Origin: Bacteroidota bacterium
GTDB lineage: Bacteria; Bacteroidota; Bacteroidia; AKYH767-A; OLB10
DNA length: 64,000 nucleotides
NCBI GenBank assembly: GCA_031366005.1
Contig: JANLZB010000068.1
Coordinates: 20,311 to 84,310 of the forward strand
Direction: 5' to 3'
Part shown: piece after piece, positions 20,841-29,793 of the stretch
How the letters are laid out: each line of letters opens with the position of its first letter
How positions within the stretch are numbered: the stretch's first letter is position 1
Position numbers and translations under genes: made by a program
Notes under the pieces: model-generated
Told to the model about the DNA's origin: nothing
The model's database searches: none
The model's input: the letters and a program-made list of their open reading frames with translations, nothing else

Positions 20841-20983
20841 CGCAGATATGCAGATAAGAACAGATTATTATCAATACAGAATATTGACTGCATTAAGACT
20901 ACTATGATAATTAAATTTTTTTTTCAAAATAAAATTAAGCTTTATAATCTCTATACAATTCTGTTCCTATCTGCAAATCTGCG
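20841..20983. mobile_element. MITE-like element with 23-bp imperfect terminal inverted repeats
   Basis: CGCAGATATGCAGATAAGAACAG versus CTGTTCCTATCTGCAAATCTGCG (21/23 complementary) around an AT-rich non-coding core. Confidence 0.5.
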
Positions 20984-21061
20984 GCAATGTTTCAGATTGT
21001 ACGGTTTTGTGTGGGGGTTTGGAGGGTGCATCATTTGTTTTTTCTTTTCAAATCCATTCAT

Positions 21062-22255
21062 GTGAAAATATTACAGCTTTGTCCACGGGTACCTTTTCCT
21101 CCAGTTGATGGTGGATTGCTTGGTTTGTATAATATGGCAAAAGCACTTCATCACCAGGGAGCAAAAGTAAAGATGCTTGCTTTTAACACTTCTAAACATT
21201 TTGTCAATATCAAAGATGTACCTGATGAATTTGTAAAAACTTATCAGCTCGAAACAGTTTATCTGGATAATAATATCTCGATCTTCTCAGCACTCAAAAA
21301 TCTTTTCAGTAAACAATCATATCATATCAGCAGATTCATTTCCGAAGATTTTGCAAAAGCGTTAATTGCAATTTTAGAAAAAGAAAACTTCGACATCATA
21401 CAGCTCGACTATTTAACAATGGCAGTTTATATTGATGTAATAAGAAAACATTCAAAAGCAAAATTGATTTATCGTGCACATAATGTTGAGTACAGGATTT
21501 GGGAAAGGTTAGCAGAAAGCGAAAATAATTTTGTAAAACGATGGTATTTAAAATTACTTGCGAAACGATTGAAAAATTTTGAATTTGATGTGATTAATAA
21601 AGTTGATGCCATTGTTGCATTAACAGAAGAAGAAACAAAAATTTTCAGAGATATGGGATCAAAGGTTCCTATTTGTATAGCACCAACTTGTTTTTTTATT
21701 GAAGAATTTAAACCTGTTGAATACCCAAAAGAATTTTCATTGTTTCACATCGGTTCAATGGATTGGATGCCGAACACTACAGGATTGAAATGGTTTTTAA
21801 AAGAAGTGTGGACGAAAGTAAATGTAACGCATCCTCAAATTAAATTATATCTGGCAGGCAATAAAATGCCTAAAGAATTTCTTTCACTTAACAATGAAAA
21901 CTGCCATGTGCAAGGAAGGGTTGAAGATGCAAAACAATTTATTGCTGAACATTCGGTAATGATTGTGCCGTTGCTGGCAGGAAGTGGAATACGTGTAAAG
22001 ATTGTAGAAGGAATGGCAATGGGCAAACCCATTATCTCCACCTCACAGGGTGCCGAAGGTTTGCATTACGAAAACAGAAAAAATATTTTGATTGCAGATA
22101 CACCCGAAGAATTTTATGATGCGATTATTGAATGTTATCAATCAGTCGAGTTAAGAAAAACTTTAGGAGAGAACGCAAGACAACTTGCTTTTGAATATTA
22201 TGACATGAATAAAGTGGGAGCAAAAGTTTATTCGTTTTATCAATCGTTATACTAA
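21062..22255 (+). CDS. Glycosyltransferase family 4
   Basis: Probable GTG start (MKILQLCPRVPFPPVDGG); AHNVE and GSGIRVKIVEGMAMGKPIIST motifs. Confidence 0.9.
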   Translation: MKILQLCPRVPFPPVDGGLLGLYNMAKALHHQGAKVKMLAFNTSKHFVNIKDVPDEFVKTYQLETVYLDNNISIFSALKNLFSKQSYHISRFISEDFAKALIAILEKENFDIIQLDYLTMAVYIDVIRKHSKAKLIYRAHNVEYRIWERLAESENNFVKRWYLKLLAKRLKNFEFDVINKVDAIVALTEEETKIFRDMGSKVPICIAPTCFFIEEFKPVEYPKEFSLFHIGSMDWMPNTTGLKWFLKEVWTKVNVTHPQIKLYLAGNKMPKEFLSLNNENCHVQGRVEDAKQFIAEHSVMIVPLLAGSGIRVKIVEGMAMGKPIISTSQGAEGLHYENRKNILIADTPEEFYDAIIECYQSVELRKTLGENARQLAFEYYDMNKVGAKVYSFYQSLY

Positions 22256-22302
22256 AAAAAACATCAGAGCAGAGTGACCTTACGGGGTCACTCTTTTTCT
22301 GA
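22254..22302. terminator. Bidirectional intrinsic terminator (array unit 1)
   Basis: AGAGTGACC/GGTCACTCT stem followed by a T-run on the + strand (ends the GT4 gene) and a T8 tract on the - strand. Confidence 0.6.
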
Positions 22303-22922
22303 CCATCAACCAGAAAAGCTAACCAAAAACCATTTTTCCTTTAGATGTTATTTTATCAGATTCCGGTAGCCTTACGGGGCTACCTTTTATCTGACTTAAC
22401 CATAAACACCTAACCATTAATTTCTTTGCCTTACGGGGCATCGTATTTTGAGAATTTTAACCAGGTATCAGTTCCGGGATAACCTTACGGGGTTACCCTT
22501 CGCCTGATATCATCCTCAAACCCAACTATTTTTAATCTTAGTTTCAGTGTCCGGGTAGCCTTACCGGACTACCCTTCGACTGATTGTTAACCTTAAACCT
22601 AAATCATTCTTTTTTGAGTTTTGTTTCAGGTATCAGTGTCGGGGTAACCTTACGGGGTTACCCTTCATCTGATATCATCCCCAAATCAAACCAAATTTTT
22701 TTGGTGTTTTCAGCAATCAGGTTCCGGGTAACCTTACGGGGTTACCTTTCGCCTGATTATCCACCTAAAACCAAACCATATCTTTTGTGAGTGGTGTTTT
22801 CAGGAACCAGATTCGGGTAACCTTACGGGGTTACCCTTATTCTGATTATCAACCTAAAACCAAACCCAACATTTTAAACTTAAACTTCTTAAGAACGAAC
22901 TCAGCAGTATTTCTTTTGAGTG
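22254..22922 (-). ncRNA. Putative multi-hairpin non-coding RNA array (8 units)
   Basis: Eight CCTTACGGGG-centred hairpins with covarying stems, a TCAG/CTGA outer stem, a candidate minus-strand promoter at 22929-22936 and a T8 tract after the last hairpin; no credible ORF. Confidence 0.65.
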
Positions 22923-23021
22923 TATATACAAGTTTAACATCCTTTCTAAGCTAAAGGTTTTCGGTATTCAGTAATAAATTACAGTTGTAAGGTTTCTCTT
23001 TATTTGGATCGAATACCTACA

Positions 23022-23053
23022 ATCCCTTCAAGGGTTTAAAACCCTTGAAGGGG
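23022..23053. repeat. REP-like palindrome
   Basis: CCCTTCAAGGGTTT-AAAACCCTTGAAGGG; same family as the copy at 18691. Confidence 0.65.
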
Positions 23054-23230
23054 TGAGCATTTAATAAAAACTATCACATCACTATGTAAGAAAAATATGG
23101 ATAGTGTAGTATTAGTTATCAGTTTACGGTTTAATGCTTACCGTTGACTTGCACATTTCATTTATAGTATTTCTAAATCTGTATATAATAACTGTAAACT
23201 GTAAATAGTAAACCGTAAACCCTTTCATCC

Positions 23231-23238
23231 TAACTTTG
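23231..23238 (+). promoter_or_regulatory. -7 promoter element of ribBA (TAACTTTG)
   Basis: Exact TAnnTTTG match 16 bp before the ATG. Confidence 0.6.
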
Positions 23239-23254
23239 CCTTAATAATTTTCCA

Positions 23255-24484
23255 ATGAATAAAGAGAATAAAACCGCTTCCATAAGCACCATTGACGAAG
23301 CAATTAACGATATCCGCCAGGGCAAAATCGTAATCGTAGTGGACGATGCTGATCGTGAAAACGAAGGAGATTTTGTCACAGCATCTCAAAACGCAACTCC
23401 CGAAATAGTAAACTTTATGGCAACTCACGGACGCGGATTAATATGCGTCTCATTAACAGAAGAACGTTGCCGCGAGTTAGACCTGCAGATGATGGTAAGC
23501 ACAAACACCTCCTCTCACGAAACCGCTTTTACTGTCTCCGTTGATCTGCTTGGTCACGGATGCACCACGGGTATCTCTGCACATGATCGTTCCAAAACAA
23601 TCAATGCACTCATAGATAAAGACACACGACCATTTGATCTCGGTCGTCCCGGACATATTTTCCCGCTCAAAGCAAAAACAGGTGGCGTATTAAGAAGAAC
23701 AGGTCACACCGAAGCAAGCATGGATTTAGCACGCCTTGCAGGTTATGAGCCTTCAGGAGTTTTGGTAGAGATCATGAACAAAGATGGAAGCATGGCGCGC
23801 CTGCCTGAGTTGATGAAGCTGGCGAAGCACCACGACATGAAAATAATTTCCATTGAAGACCTTATCAAATACCGTCTCTGTAAAGAATCACTCATCCAAC
23901 GCGAAGTGCAGGTAAAAATGCCAACCAAACTAGGCGACTTCAACTTAGTTTGTTATCGCACCAAGCAAACTGGTCAGGAACATCTTGCCCTCATCAAAGG
24001 CAAATGGAATGAAGATGAGCCTGTTCTTGTCCGCGTACATTCATCCTGTTTAACAGGCGACATATTCGGTTCCTGCCGTTGCGATTGTGGACCGCAGTTG
24101 CAAAAAGCAATGGAACTCATCGAGCACGAAGGCAAAGGCGTCATCGTTTACATGAATCAGGAAGGACGGGGGATAGGACTGCTCAACAAACTTAAAGCAT
24201 ATAAACTCCAGGAGCAAGGTCGCGACACCGTAGAAGCCAATCTCGAATTAGGTTTCGATATGGACGAACGCGATTATGGAGTAGGCGCACAAATCCTCCG
24301 CGATCTCGGAGTCACCAAAATGCGTTTAATGACAAACAACCCAACCAAGCGTGCAGGCTTAATCGGTTATGGTTTACACATCGTTGAAAACGTCCCTTTA
24401 GAAATTCAATCCAACGAACACAACAAACTCTACCTGCGAACTAAGAGGGATAAGATGGGGCATAGTATCAAAGTGGAGGATTAA
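23255..24484 (+). CDS. ribBA: Bifunctional DHBP synthase / GTP cyclohydrolase II
   Basis: [35 protein letters not shown] and QEGRGIG motifs. Confidence 0.97.
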   Translation: MNKENKTASISTIDEAINDIRQGKIVIVVDDADRENEGDFVTASQNATPEIVNFMATHGRGLICVSLTEERCRELDLQMMVSTNTSSHETAFTVSVDLLGHGCTTGISAHDRSKTINALIDKDTRPFDLGRPGHIFPLKAKTGGVLRRTGHTEASMDLARLAGYEPSGVLVEIMNKDGSMARLPELMKLAKHHDMKIISIEDLIKYRLCKESLIQREVQVKMPTKLGDFNLVCYRTKQTGQEHLALIKGKWNEDEPVLVRVHSSCLTGDIFGSCRCDCGPQLQKAMELIEHEGKGVIVYMNQEGRGIGLLNKLKAYKLQEQGRDTVEANLELGFDMDERDYGVGAQILRDLGVTKMRLMTNNPTKRAGLIGYGLHIVENVPLEIQSNEHNKLYLRTKRDKMGHSIKVED

Positions 24485-24530
24485 TTTATTCACATAAAGA
24501 TTTATATTTGTTTGAAAAACTATTATTAGA

Positions 24531-24761
24531 ATGAAAACTCTTAATTTTCAGAAAGCAATTATTGACGCATTGAAAGATTTGCCGCAGGAAAAACTTAAAG
24601 AAGTTGCCGATTTTATTTCTTCAATTCGCCAAAAGAATTTTAGCAAGAAACCAGATTCGCAAAATTCCATTTACAAATATGTTTCTGAATTAAGTGATAA
24701 TGAAACGAAACATTTGGAAGAAGAGTTTGTTGATTATAAAAAACTTTATCCGCGTGAATAA
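24531..24761 (+). CDS. Putative antitoxin (DUF2281-like)
   Basis: LPQEKLKEVADFI motif; small gene overlapping the downstream PIN gene; TATATTTG element at 24503. Confidence 0.7.
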   Translation: MKTLNFQKAIIDALKDLPQEKLKEVADFISSIRQKNFSKKPDSQNSIYKYVSELSDNETKHLEEEFVDYKKLYPRE

Positions 24762-25146
24762 ATTTGCAGCAGATACCATGGCTGTGGTGCTTTTTCTTGA
24801 GAAAAGGAAACTGCCAAATCTTGTAAAGCAAATTTTTGCGGATGCAAAAAATGGAAATGCGGAAATATACATTCCATCTATGGTTCTTGTTGAGATCGCT
24901 TATCTCAGTCAGAAAAAGAAAATTGAAACTTCGCTTGGAGAGGCAAATAAAATGATTGATTCATATAATACATTCCGGTTTATGCCAATGACCGAAGAAA
25001 TAATCAAATCTACTTTTAAAATAACTGATATAAGAGAATTGCATGACAGAATTATTGCAGGCAGCGCCAAAAATATTGATGCAGAAATTATCACCAATGA
25101 CCCTGAAATAATAAATTCAAAATTTGTAAAAACTGTTTGGAACTAA
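24754..25146 (+). CDS. vapC: PIN-domain (VapC-like) toxin
   Basis: GTG start at 24754 (MNKFAADT); conserved acidic residues in ADT, LVEI, LHDRII and ITND. Confidence 0.85.
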   Translation: MNKFAADTMAVVLFLEKRKLPNLVKQIFADAKNGNAEIYIPSMVLVEIAYLSQKKKIETSLGEANKMIDSYNTFRFMPMTEEIIKSTFKITDIRELHDRIIAGSAKNIDAEIITNDPEIINSKFVKTVWN

Positions 25147-25165
25147 CATCCCTGCAGATTTCCAA

Positions 25166-25429
25166 AATCCTGTTAATCATTTTAATCAAAGTTCAGACAA
25201 CTTTCCTTGTTTCAATCTCATAGCAGTGCAATCCATCCCAAAATACAATCGCGCACAAATTCACACAAATAAATTGTCATTCATTAGGAAACTATTTATG
25301 AGTCACCAACACAGCCTTCTCGCATCACAAGACAATCCTGTTAATCATTTAATCTTATAAATCACAGTTCAGACAACCTTCCGTGTTTAATTCTCATAGC
25401 AGTGCAATCCATCTCAAAATAAATAACGC
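25166..25429. repeat. Two imperfect ~90-bp direct repeats (25166-25252 and 25334-25429)
   Basis: Shared AATCCTGTTAATCATTT..GTTCAGACAAC..CTCATAGCAGTGCAATCCATC..CAAAATA. Confidence 0.8.
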
Positions 25430-25632
25430 CTAAAATACAGGCTTTCTGTAACGGATAAATTCCAAAGCAGCCTGTCAAAACATTTCAGATTAGATCGTAA
25501 ATAATCCTCTTAATTGGAAAGAAGATAAATTTTACATCAATGAATAAAGCTGATTATCTCAATTGATAATTATTAAATTATTACCCGGCTAAAGCAAAAT
25601 AATTATTATAAAAATGATCTATGAATTTCTGT

Positions 25633-26349
25633 TTATAAAAGCTCAAACATATCCTTTACCCCGATACTTCTTTCTGCAACATATCCTTCACCGTAGGTAA
25701 CGCCAATAATGCGTCCCATTTCCATGGCACGTCCATGCACAAATTCCATAAATTCTTTTGTTGAGATCGGTGTAACAGGTTCGCTTGAAGAGGGATCATA
25801 AAATTGAGATTTGAAACATCGTACTGCTTCCGTTTTTTTATCTATAAAAGAAGAAATATCCACCACAATATCAGGACGCATATAACGGTCCTGTATATAA
25901 TGATATACCGCACGTGGTCTCCAGGCAGTTTGTTGTTGATTATTTAATTGTGTTTCTATTTTTCTCAGCCCTGATAAAAAACAAGATTTTGAAATGAGAG
26001 CTGCTCCCATTCCATGGTCAGTATGACGGTCATTAACAGCATTACACAAAACTATTTCAGGCTGATGCAAACGGATATGCCGTATCACTTCCAATTGATG
26101 TTGTTCATCATTTGCAAAAAAGCCATCGCGAAAGCCAAGATTATTGCGGAAAGCAACACCTAATACTTTGGCGCTTTCTGCTGCCTCCCTGTCACGCATT
26201 TCTGCAGTACCTCTTGTACCCAATTCACCTCTTGTAATATCAATGATGCCAACAGTGCGACCTGCAGCGATGTGTTTGAGCAATGTGCCTCCACATCCTA
26301 ATTCAACATCATCAGGATGAGCGCCAAAAGCAAGGATATCAAGTTTCAT
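25633..26349 (-). CDS. bshB1: Bacillithiol biosynthesis deacetylase BshB1 (PIG-L family)
   Basis: AHPDDVELGCGG, TRGELGTRG and RHTDH motifs. Confidence 0.9.
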   Translation of the reverse strand: MKLDILAFGAHPDDVELGCGGTLLKHIAAGRTVGIIDITRGELGTRGTAEMRDREAAESAKVLGVAFRNNLGFRDGFFANDEQHQLEVIRHIRLHQPEIVLCNAVNDRHTDHGMGAALISKSCFLSGLRKIETQLNNQQQTAWRPRAVYHYIQDRYMRPDIVVDISSFIDKKTEAVRCFKSQFYDPSSSEPVTPISTKEFMEFVHGRAMEMGRIIGVTYGEGYVAERSIGVKDMFELL

Positions 26350-26429
26350 AGGTTACTAATTAACGATCCCGATGTGTCGGGAACGAATGTTACGAATGTA
26401 TCGCTACTGCAAAATAAATTCACAAAAGC

Positions 26430-27821
26430 TTATTTGGTTCTAACAAATTTTTGAACTGCAATAGTATTATCTCCAATTAACCGCAATGTATAGATGCCGG
26501 AATTAAGCTGCTGAATATTAATTTGTGAATTTGATAAAAAATCTTTCTGTATCAGCTGACCGTTTGCATTTAATATTTCGTATTGAGCATGATGAAATGA
26601 AACAGGTAACAGGATGTTTAATTGATCACTATTGGCTGGATTGGGATAAAGATAAATTTGAGCGGACACATCATTTTGTTTAATGGATGTGATCGTAGAA
26701 ACATCTAAAACATATAAACCATTCTGCATGTCAGAAACAATAACATTTCCACTTGGCAGCCAGGGATAAGCACCCCATGCACCGGCATCAGCAGGAGCGG
26801 GATAAGTTCCCAGTGAATCGTTTTGCCAATGCGTATCAAAATAACCGAGTCGTACAGGTGCAGATGGATTACTTATATCATACACCTGCAAACCGTCCTG
26901 GTAATAAGCAAGAAATAAATAATTGTCTTTGATGAAAGGATTATGTGGAGTGGCATCAGGATGAGATTCAAAAGATGCTACAATGGTAATATTGGAAAGA
27001 TCACTCACATCCACTGAACGCACCGGCTGGCCATCAGGTAACTCCTCGCAAAAAATAATGGTATGCCCGTCATTACTCAATGCGCTGCTGTGATTATATC
27101 CCTGATTAAAATAATTAGTGAGCGAACCAAGCAATTGAAAATGATTGGAGGAATTTAATTTAAAAACAAAGAAGCCATTATACCCTGCTGATGCATACAC
27201 TGTATCATTACGTACATACATATCATGCGCATAACTGAATATGCCCGGATAATCATCTTCAATTTTTCGCAACAAAACCGGAGAGGTAGGATTACTAATA
27301 TCGAACACCGCCATGGCAGCATATCCCACGCTTCCGCCATTTACATATCCACCATACAATTTGTTACCATCAATCCATATAGTATGCGATCTTTCAAACA
27401 AAGAATTGCTATCATAAACCACATGCACTGAATCAGGCAAGTAACTCATATCAACAATTTGTAAACTATTGGGAGCAGCATCATCACTCACGATGTAGCA
27501 ATAATTTTGATACGTTTTTATCTCATGCCATATGCAATGGTCCCTTCTTGATGGAACAAAATCACATTGAACAGGTGCGGATGGATTGGTAACATTTATA
27601 AAATATGCTCCTGCACTCGATCCTACTATTGCATATTCATTTCCTGTGGTATCAGTCCAGCCCCAGATGCCATTGTACTTAATGCCATAGGACGGTTCAG
27701 CCACTGCCGCAGGATCAAACCAATTGGAAAGCATGCTGATATTTTGTGACTGGTATGTTTGTGCTTTGGTAATATTAATACTAAACACCAGTACAAGCGC
27801 TAAAGAGTAAATTATTTTCAT
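26430..27821 (-). CDS. Choice-of-anchor B / LVIVD-repeat protein with T9SS type-A CTD
   Basis: IWGW..EYAIVG, WHEIKTY, HNPF and GAWGAYP motifs; C-terminal LYPNPA..GIYTL. Confidence 0.85.
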   Translation of the reverse strand: MKIIYSLALVLVFSINITKAQTYQSQNISMLSNWFDPAAVAEPSYGIKYNGIWGWTDTTGNEYAIVGSSAGAYFINVTNPSAPVQCDFVPSRRDHCIWHEIKTYQNYCYIVSDDAAPNSLQIVDMSYLPDSVHVVYDSNSLFERSHTIWIDGNKLYGGYVNGGSVGYAAMAVFDISNPTSPVLLRKIEDDYPGIFSYAHDMYVRNDTVYASAGYNGFFVFKLNSSNHFQLLGSLTNYFNQGYNHSSALSNDGHTIIFCEELPDGQPVRSVDVSDLSNITIVASFESHPDATPHNPFIKDNYLFLAYYQDGLQVYDISNPSAPVRLGYFDTHWQNDSLGTYPAPADAGAWGAYPWLPSGNVIVSDMQNGLYVLDVSTITSIKQNDVSAQIYLYPNPANSDQLNILLPVSFHHAQYEILNANGQLIQKDFLSNSQINIQQLNSGIYTLRLIGDNTIAVQKFVRTK

Positions 27822-27885
27822 TTGAATTTTATTTATTTCAAAGATAAAAGGAATAAAGAAATATGTTGTGATGTGGATTAAACTT

Positions 27886-28701
27886 TTACGGTTTATACAC
27901 GATTAACTCTTTTATCAGTGCAGTCATTTTCTGCTCAGCAGCATTGGCAACTTTTAAAACTTCCTCATGTGTAATGACTTCCGGATCATCAGAACCGCCC
28001 ATATCAGTGATAATAGAAATGGCAAACACAGGCAGATTCATGTGTCGTGCTACAATATTTTCAGGCACGGTGCTCATGCCTACGCAATCAGCGCCTATTG
28101 TCTTGATGTATTTATATTCTGCACGTGTTTCAAAAACAGGACCTGTAACTGCAGCATACACTCCTGTGTGACAACGGAAATCTTTTTCTTTTGCAATGGC
28201 AGTTGCTTTTGCAATCATTCCTTTATCATACGGTGCTCCCATATCAGGAAAACGCGGACCTAACTCATCAATATTTTTTCCGATAAGTGGATTATTTCCC
28301 ATAAGGTTAATATGGTCGTCAATGATCATGAGATCGCCTACTTTGAAATTCGGATTTACACCGCCACTTGCATTGCTGAGATACAAACGTTGTATGCCTA
28401 GCATTTTTAAAACACGAATGGGAAATGTAACATCCTGCATGCTGTAACCCTCGTAAAAATGAAAACGTCCCTGCATCACAATTACTTTAACTCCGTTCAG
28501 GGTTCCGAAAAGCATTTTGCTGCCATGACCGAGTACAGTACTCACCGGGAAATAAGGAATCTCATCATAAGACAGAGAATGTTCTAACTGTAACTCTTTA
28601 ACCAATCCTCCTAAACCACTGCCAAGCACAATACCCACTTCAGGTTTAAAATTAGTTCGTTGTTGAATAAAAGCAGCAGTGTCGTTAATTTTTTGTAACA
28701 T
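27886..28701 (-). CDS. punA: Purine-nucleoside phosphorylase (PNP I)
   Basis: LGSGLG, QGRFHFYEG, GPRFPDM and VGMSTVPE motifs. Confidence 0.93.
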   Translation of the reverse strand: MLQKINDTAAFIQQRTNFKPEVGIVLGSGLGGLVKELQLEHSLSYDEIPYFPVSTVLGHGSKMLFGTLNGVKVIVMQGRFHFYEGYSMQDVTFPIRVLKMLGIQRLYLSNASGGVNPNFKVGDLMIIDDHINLMGNNPLIGKNIDELGPRFPDMGAPYDKGMIAKATAIAKEKDFRCHTGVYAAVTGPVFETRAEYKYIKTIGADCVGMSTVPENIVARHMNLPVFAISIITDMGGSDDPEVITHEEVLKVANAAEQKMTALIKELIVYKP

Positions 28702-29737
28702 ATTTTATAATGTTTTGATCAAACTCATTTTGATTGTTAATGAAATAAACTTCTATGGGTAAATAATAGAATGGTAATTTATTTATGTGTGATAACAGCG
28801 CAGCGTCACTTAGGCGCATGGCATCTTTTTCTGTGGTGATAATTATTTTTTTTCCGGATGCAATAGTATTAAAATTTCGTTCTATTAATACAATATCATT
28901 TAGTGTGAAAGGATGATGGTCGGCAAAAGATAATGAAGACACATCGTTACAAACACTTTTTAAAAAATTTAATACGGGTTCAGGATTTGCAATACCTGTT
29001 ACCAATAGCACATCATATTCCTTTAAAGAATTAATTGCAATCAGGGAATGATCATTAATAGCAATAAGATTTCCATATTTCACTCCTGAAAAAAATATTT
29101 GCTGATGCGGCAGCAGATTTATTTTATCCGCATAAGTCTTTTGAACCAAGTTGTTTAAATCATCAGGACACTTAGTCACAATAATTATATCTGCACGTTT
29201 CATTCCGTTTCGCGGTTCACGCAAATTACCTGCAGGCAATAAATAAGCATTGAAATAAGGATGATGAAATTCCGTAAGTAAAATATTTATTCCACCCTTA
29301 ACATAACGGTGTTGAAATGCATCATCTAAAATAATAACTCCTGTTAGCGGATGTTGGGTTTTTATTTTTTCAATGGCTTCTACACGCTTCTCCCCTACTC
29401 CAACAATTATGGATTTTGCAAAACGGTGATAATAAAGCATAGGTTCGTCACCCACATCAACTGCAGTAACATTTTCATCAGCCATTAAAAAACCTTTTGT
29501 CTTTCTTCCATATCCGCGACTGAGTGTTGCAACTTTAAATTGCTCTTTCAGCAGATTAACGAGATAAATAACATGGGGTGTTTTGCCTGTTCCACCGGTA
29601 CTAAGGTTGCCTACTACTATTACAGGGAATGAAAATGATTTTGATGAAAGTATTCCGGCATCAAAAAGTAAATTGCGTAACCGGATTATTATTCCATACA
29701 AAAAAGAAAATGGCAGTAATAAAATCCGTGGCGACAT
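28685..29737 (-). CDS. lpxK: Tetraacyldisaccharide 4'-kinase
   Basis: VGNLSTGGTGKTP, SRGYGR, GDEP, DDAFQH and TTEKD motifs. Confidence 0.95.
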   Translation of the reverse strand: MSPRILLLPFSFLYGIIIRLRNLLFDAGILSSKSFSFPVIVVGNLSTGGTGKTPHVIYLVNLLKEQFKVATLSRGYGRKTKGFLMADENVTAVDVGDEPMLYYHRFAKSIIVGVGEKRVEAIEKIKTQHPLTGVIILDDAFQHRYVKGGINILLTEFHHPYFNAYLLPAGNLREPRNGMKRADIIIVTKCPDDLNNLVQKTYADKINLLPHQQIFFSGVKYGNLIAINDHSLIAINSLKEYDVLLVTGIANPEPVLNFLKSVCNDVSSLSFADHHPFTLNDIVLIERNFNTIASGKKIIITTEKDAMRLSDAALLSHINKLPFYYLPIEVYFINNQNEFDQNIIKYVTKN

Positions 29738-29793
29738 CGCGGCAAAAGTATCGGATGCATTTCAATTACATTTGTTGCAGTAATTAAATTGAA

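Noticed and set aside
22260-22900. Array as a CRISPR locus or as a coding region (ORF 22584-22790)
   Set aside because: Repeats vary with compensatory changes, linkers are related to each other, spacing is irregular and no cas genes are present. The ORF is a by-product of the repeats, and the minus-strand ATG mini-ORFs are inconsistent between units.
22940-23254. FMN riboswitch upstream of ribBA
   Set aside because: No FMN aptamer consensus is visible, and a -7 element sits only 16 bp before the ATG, implying a very short leader.
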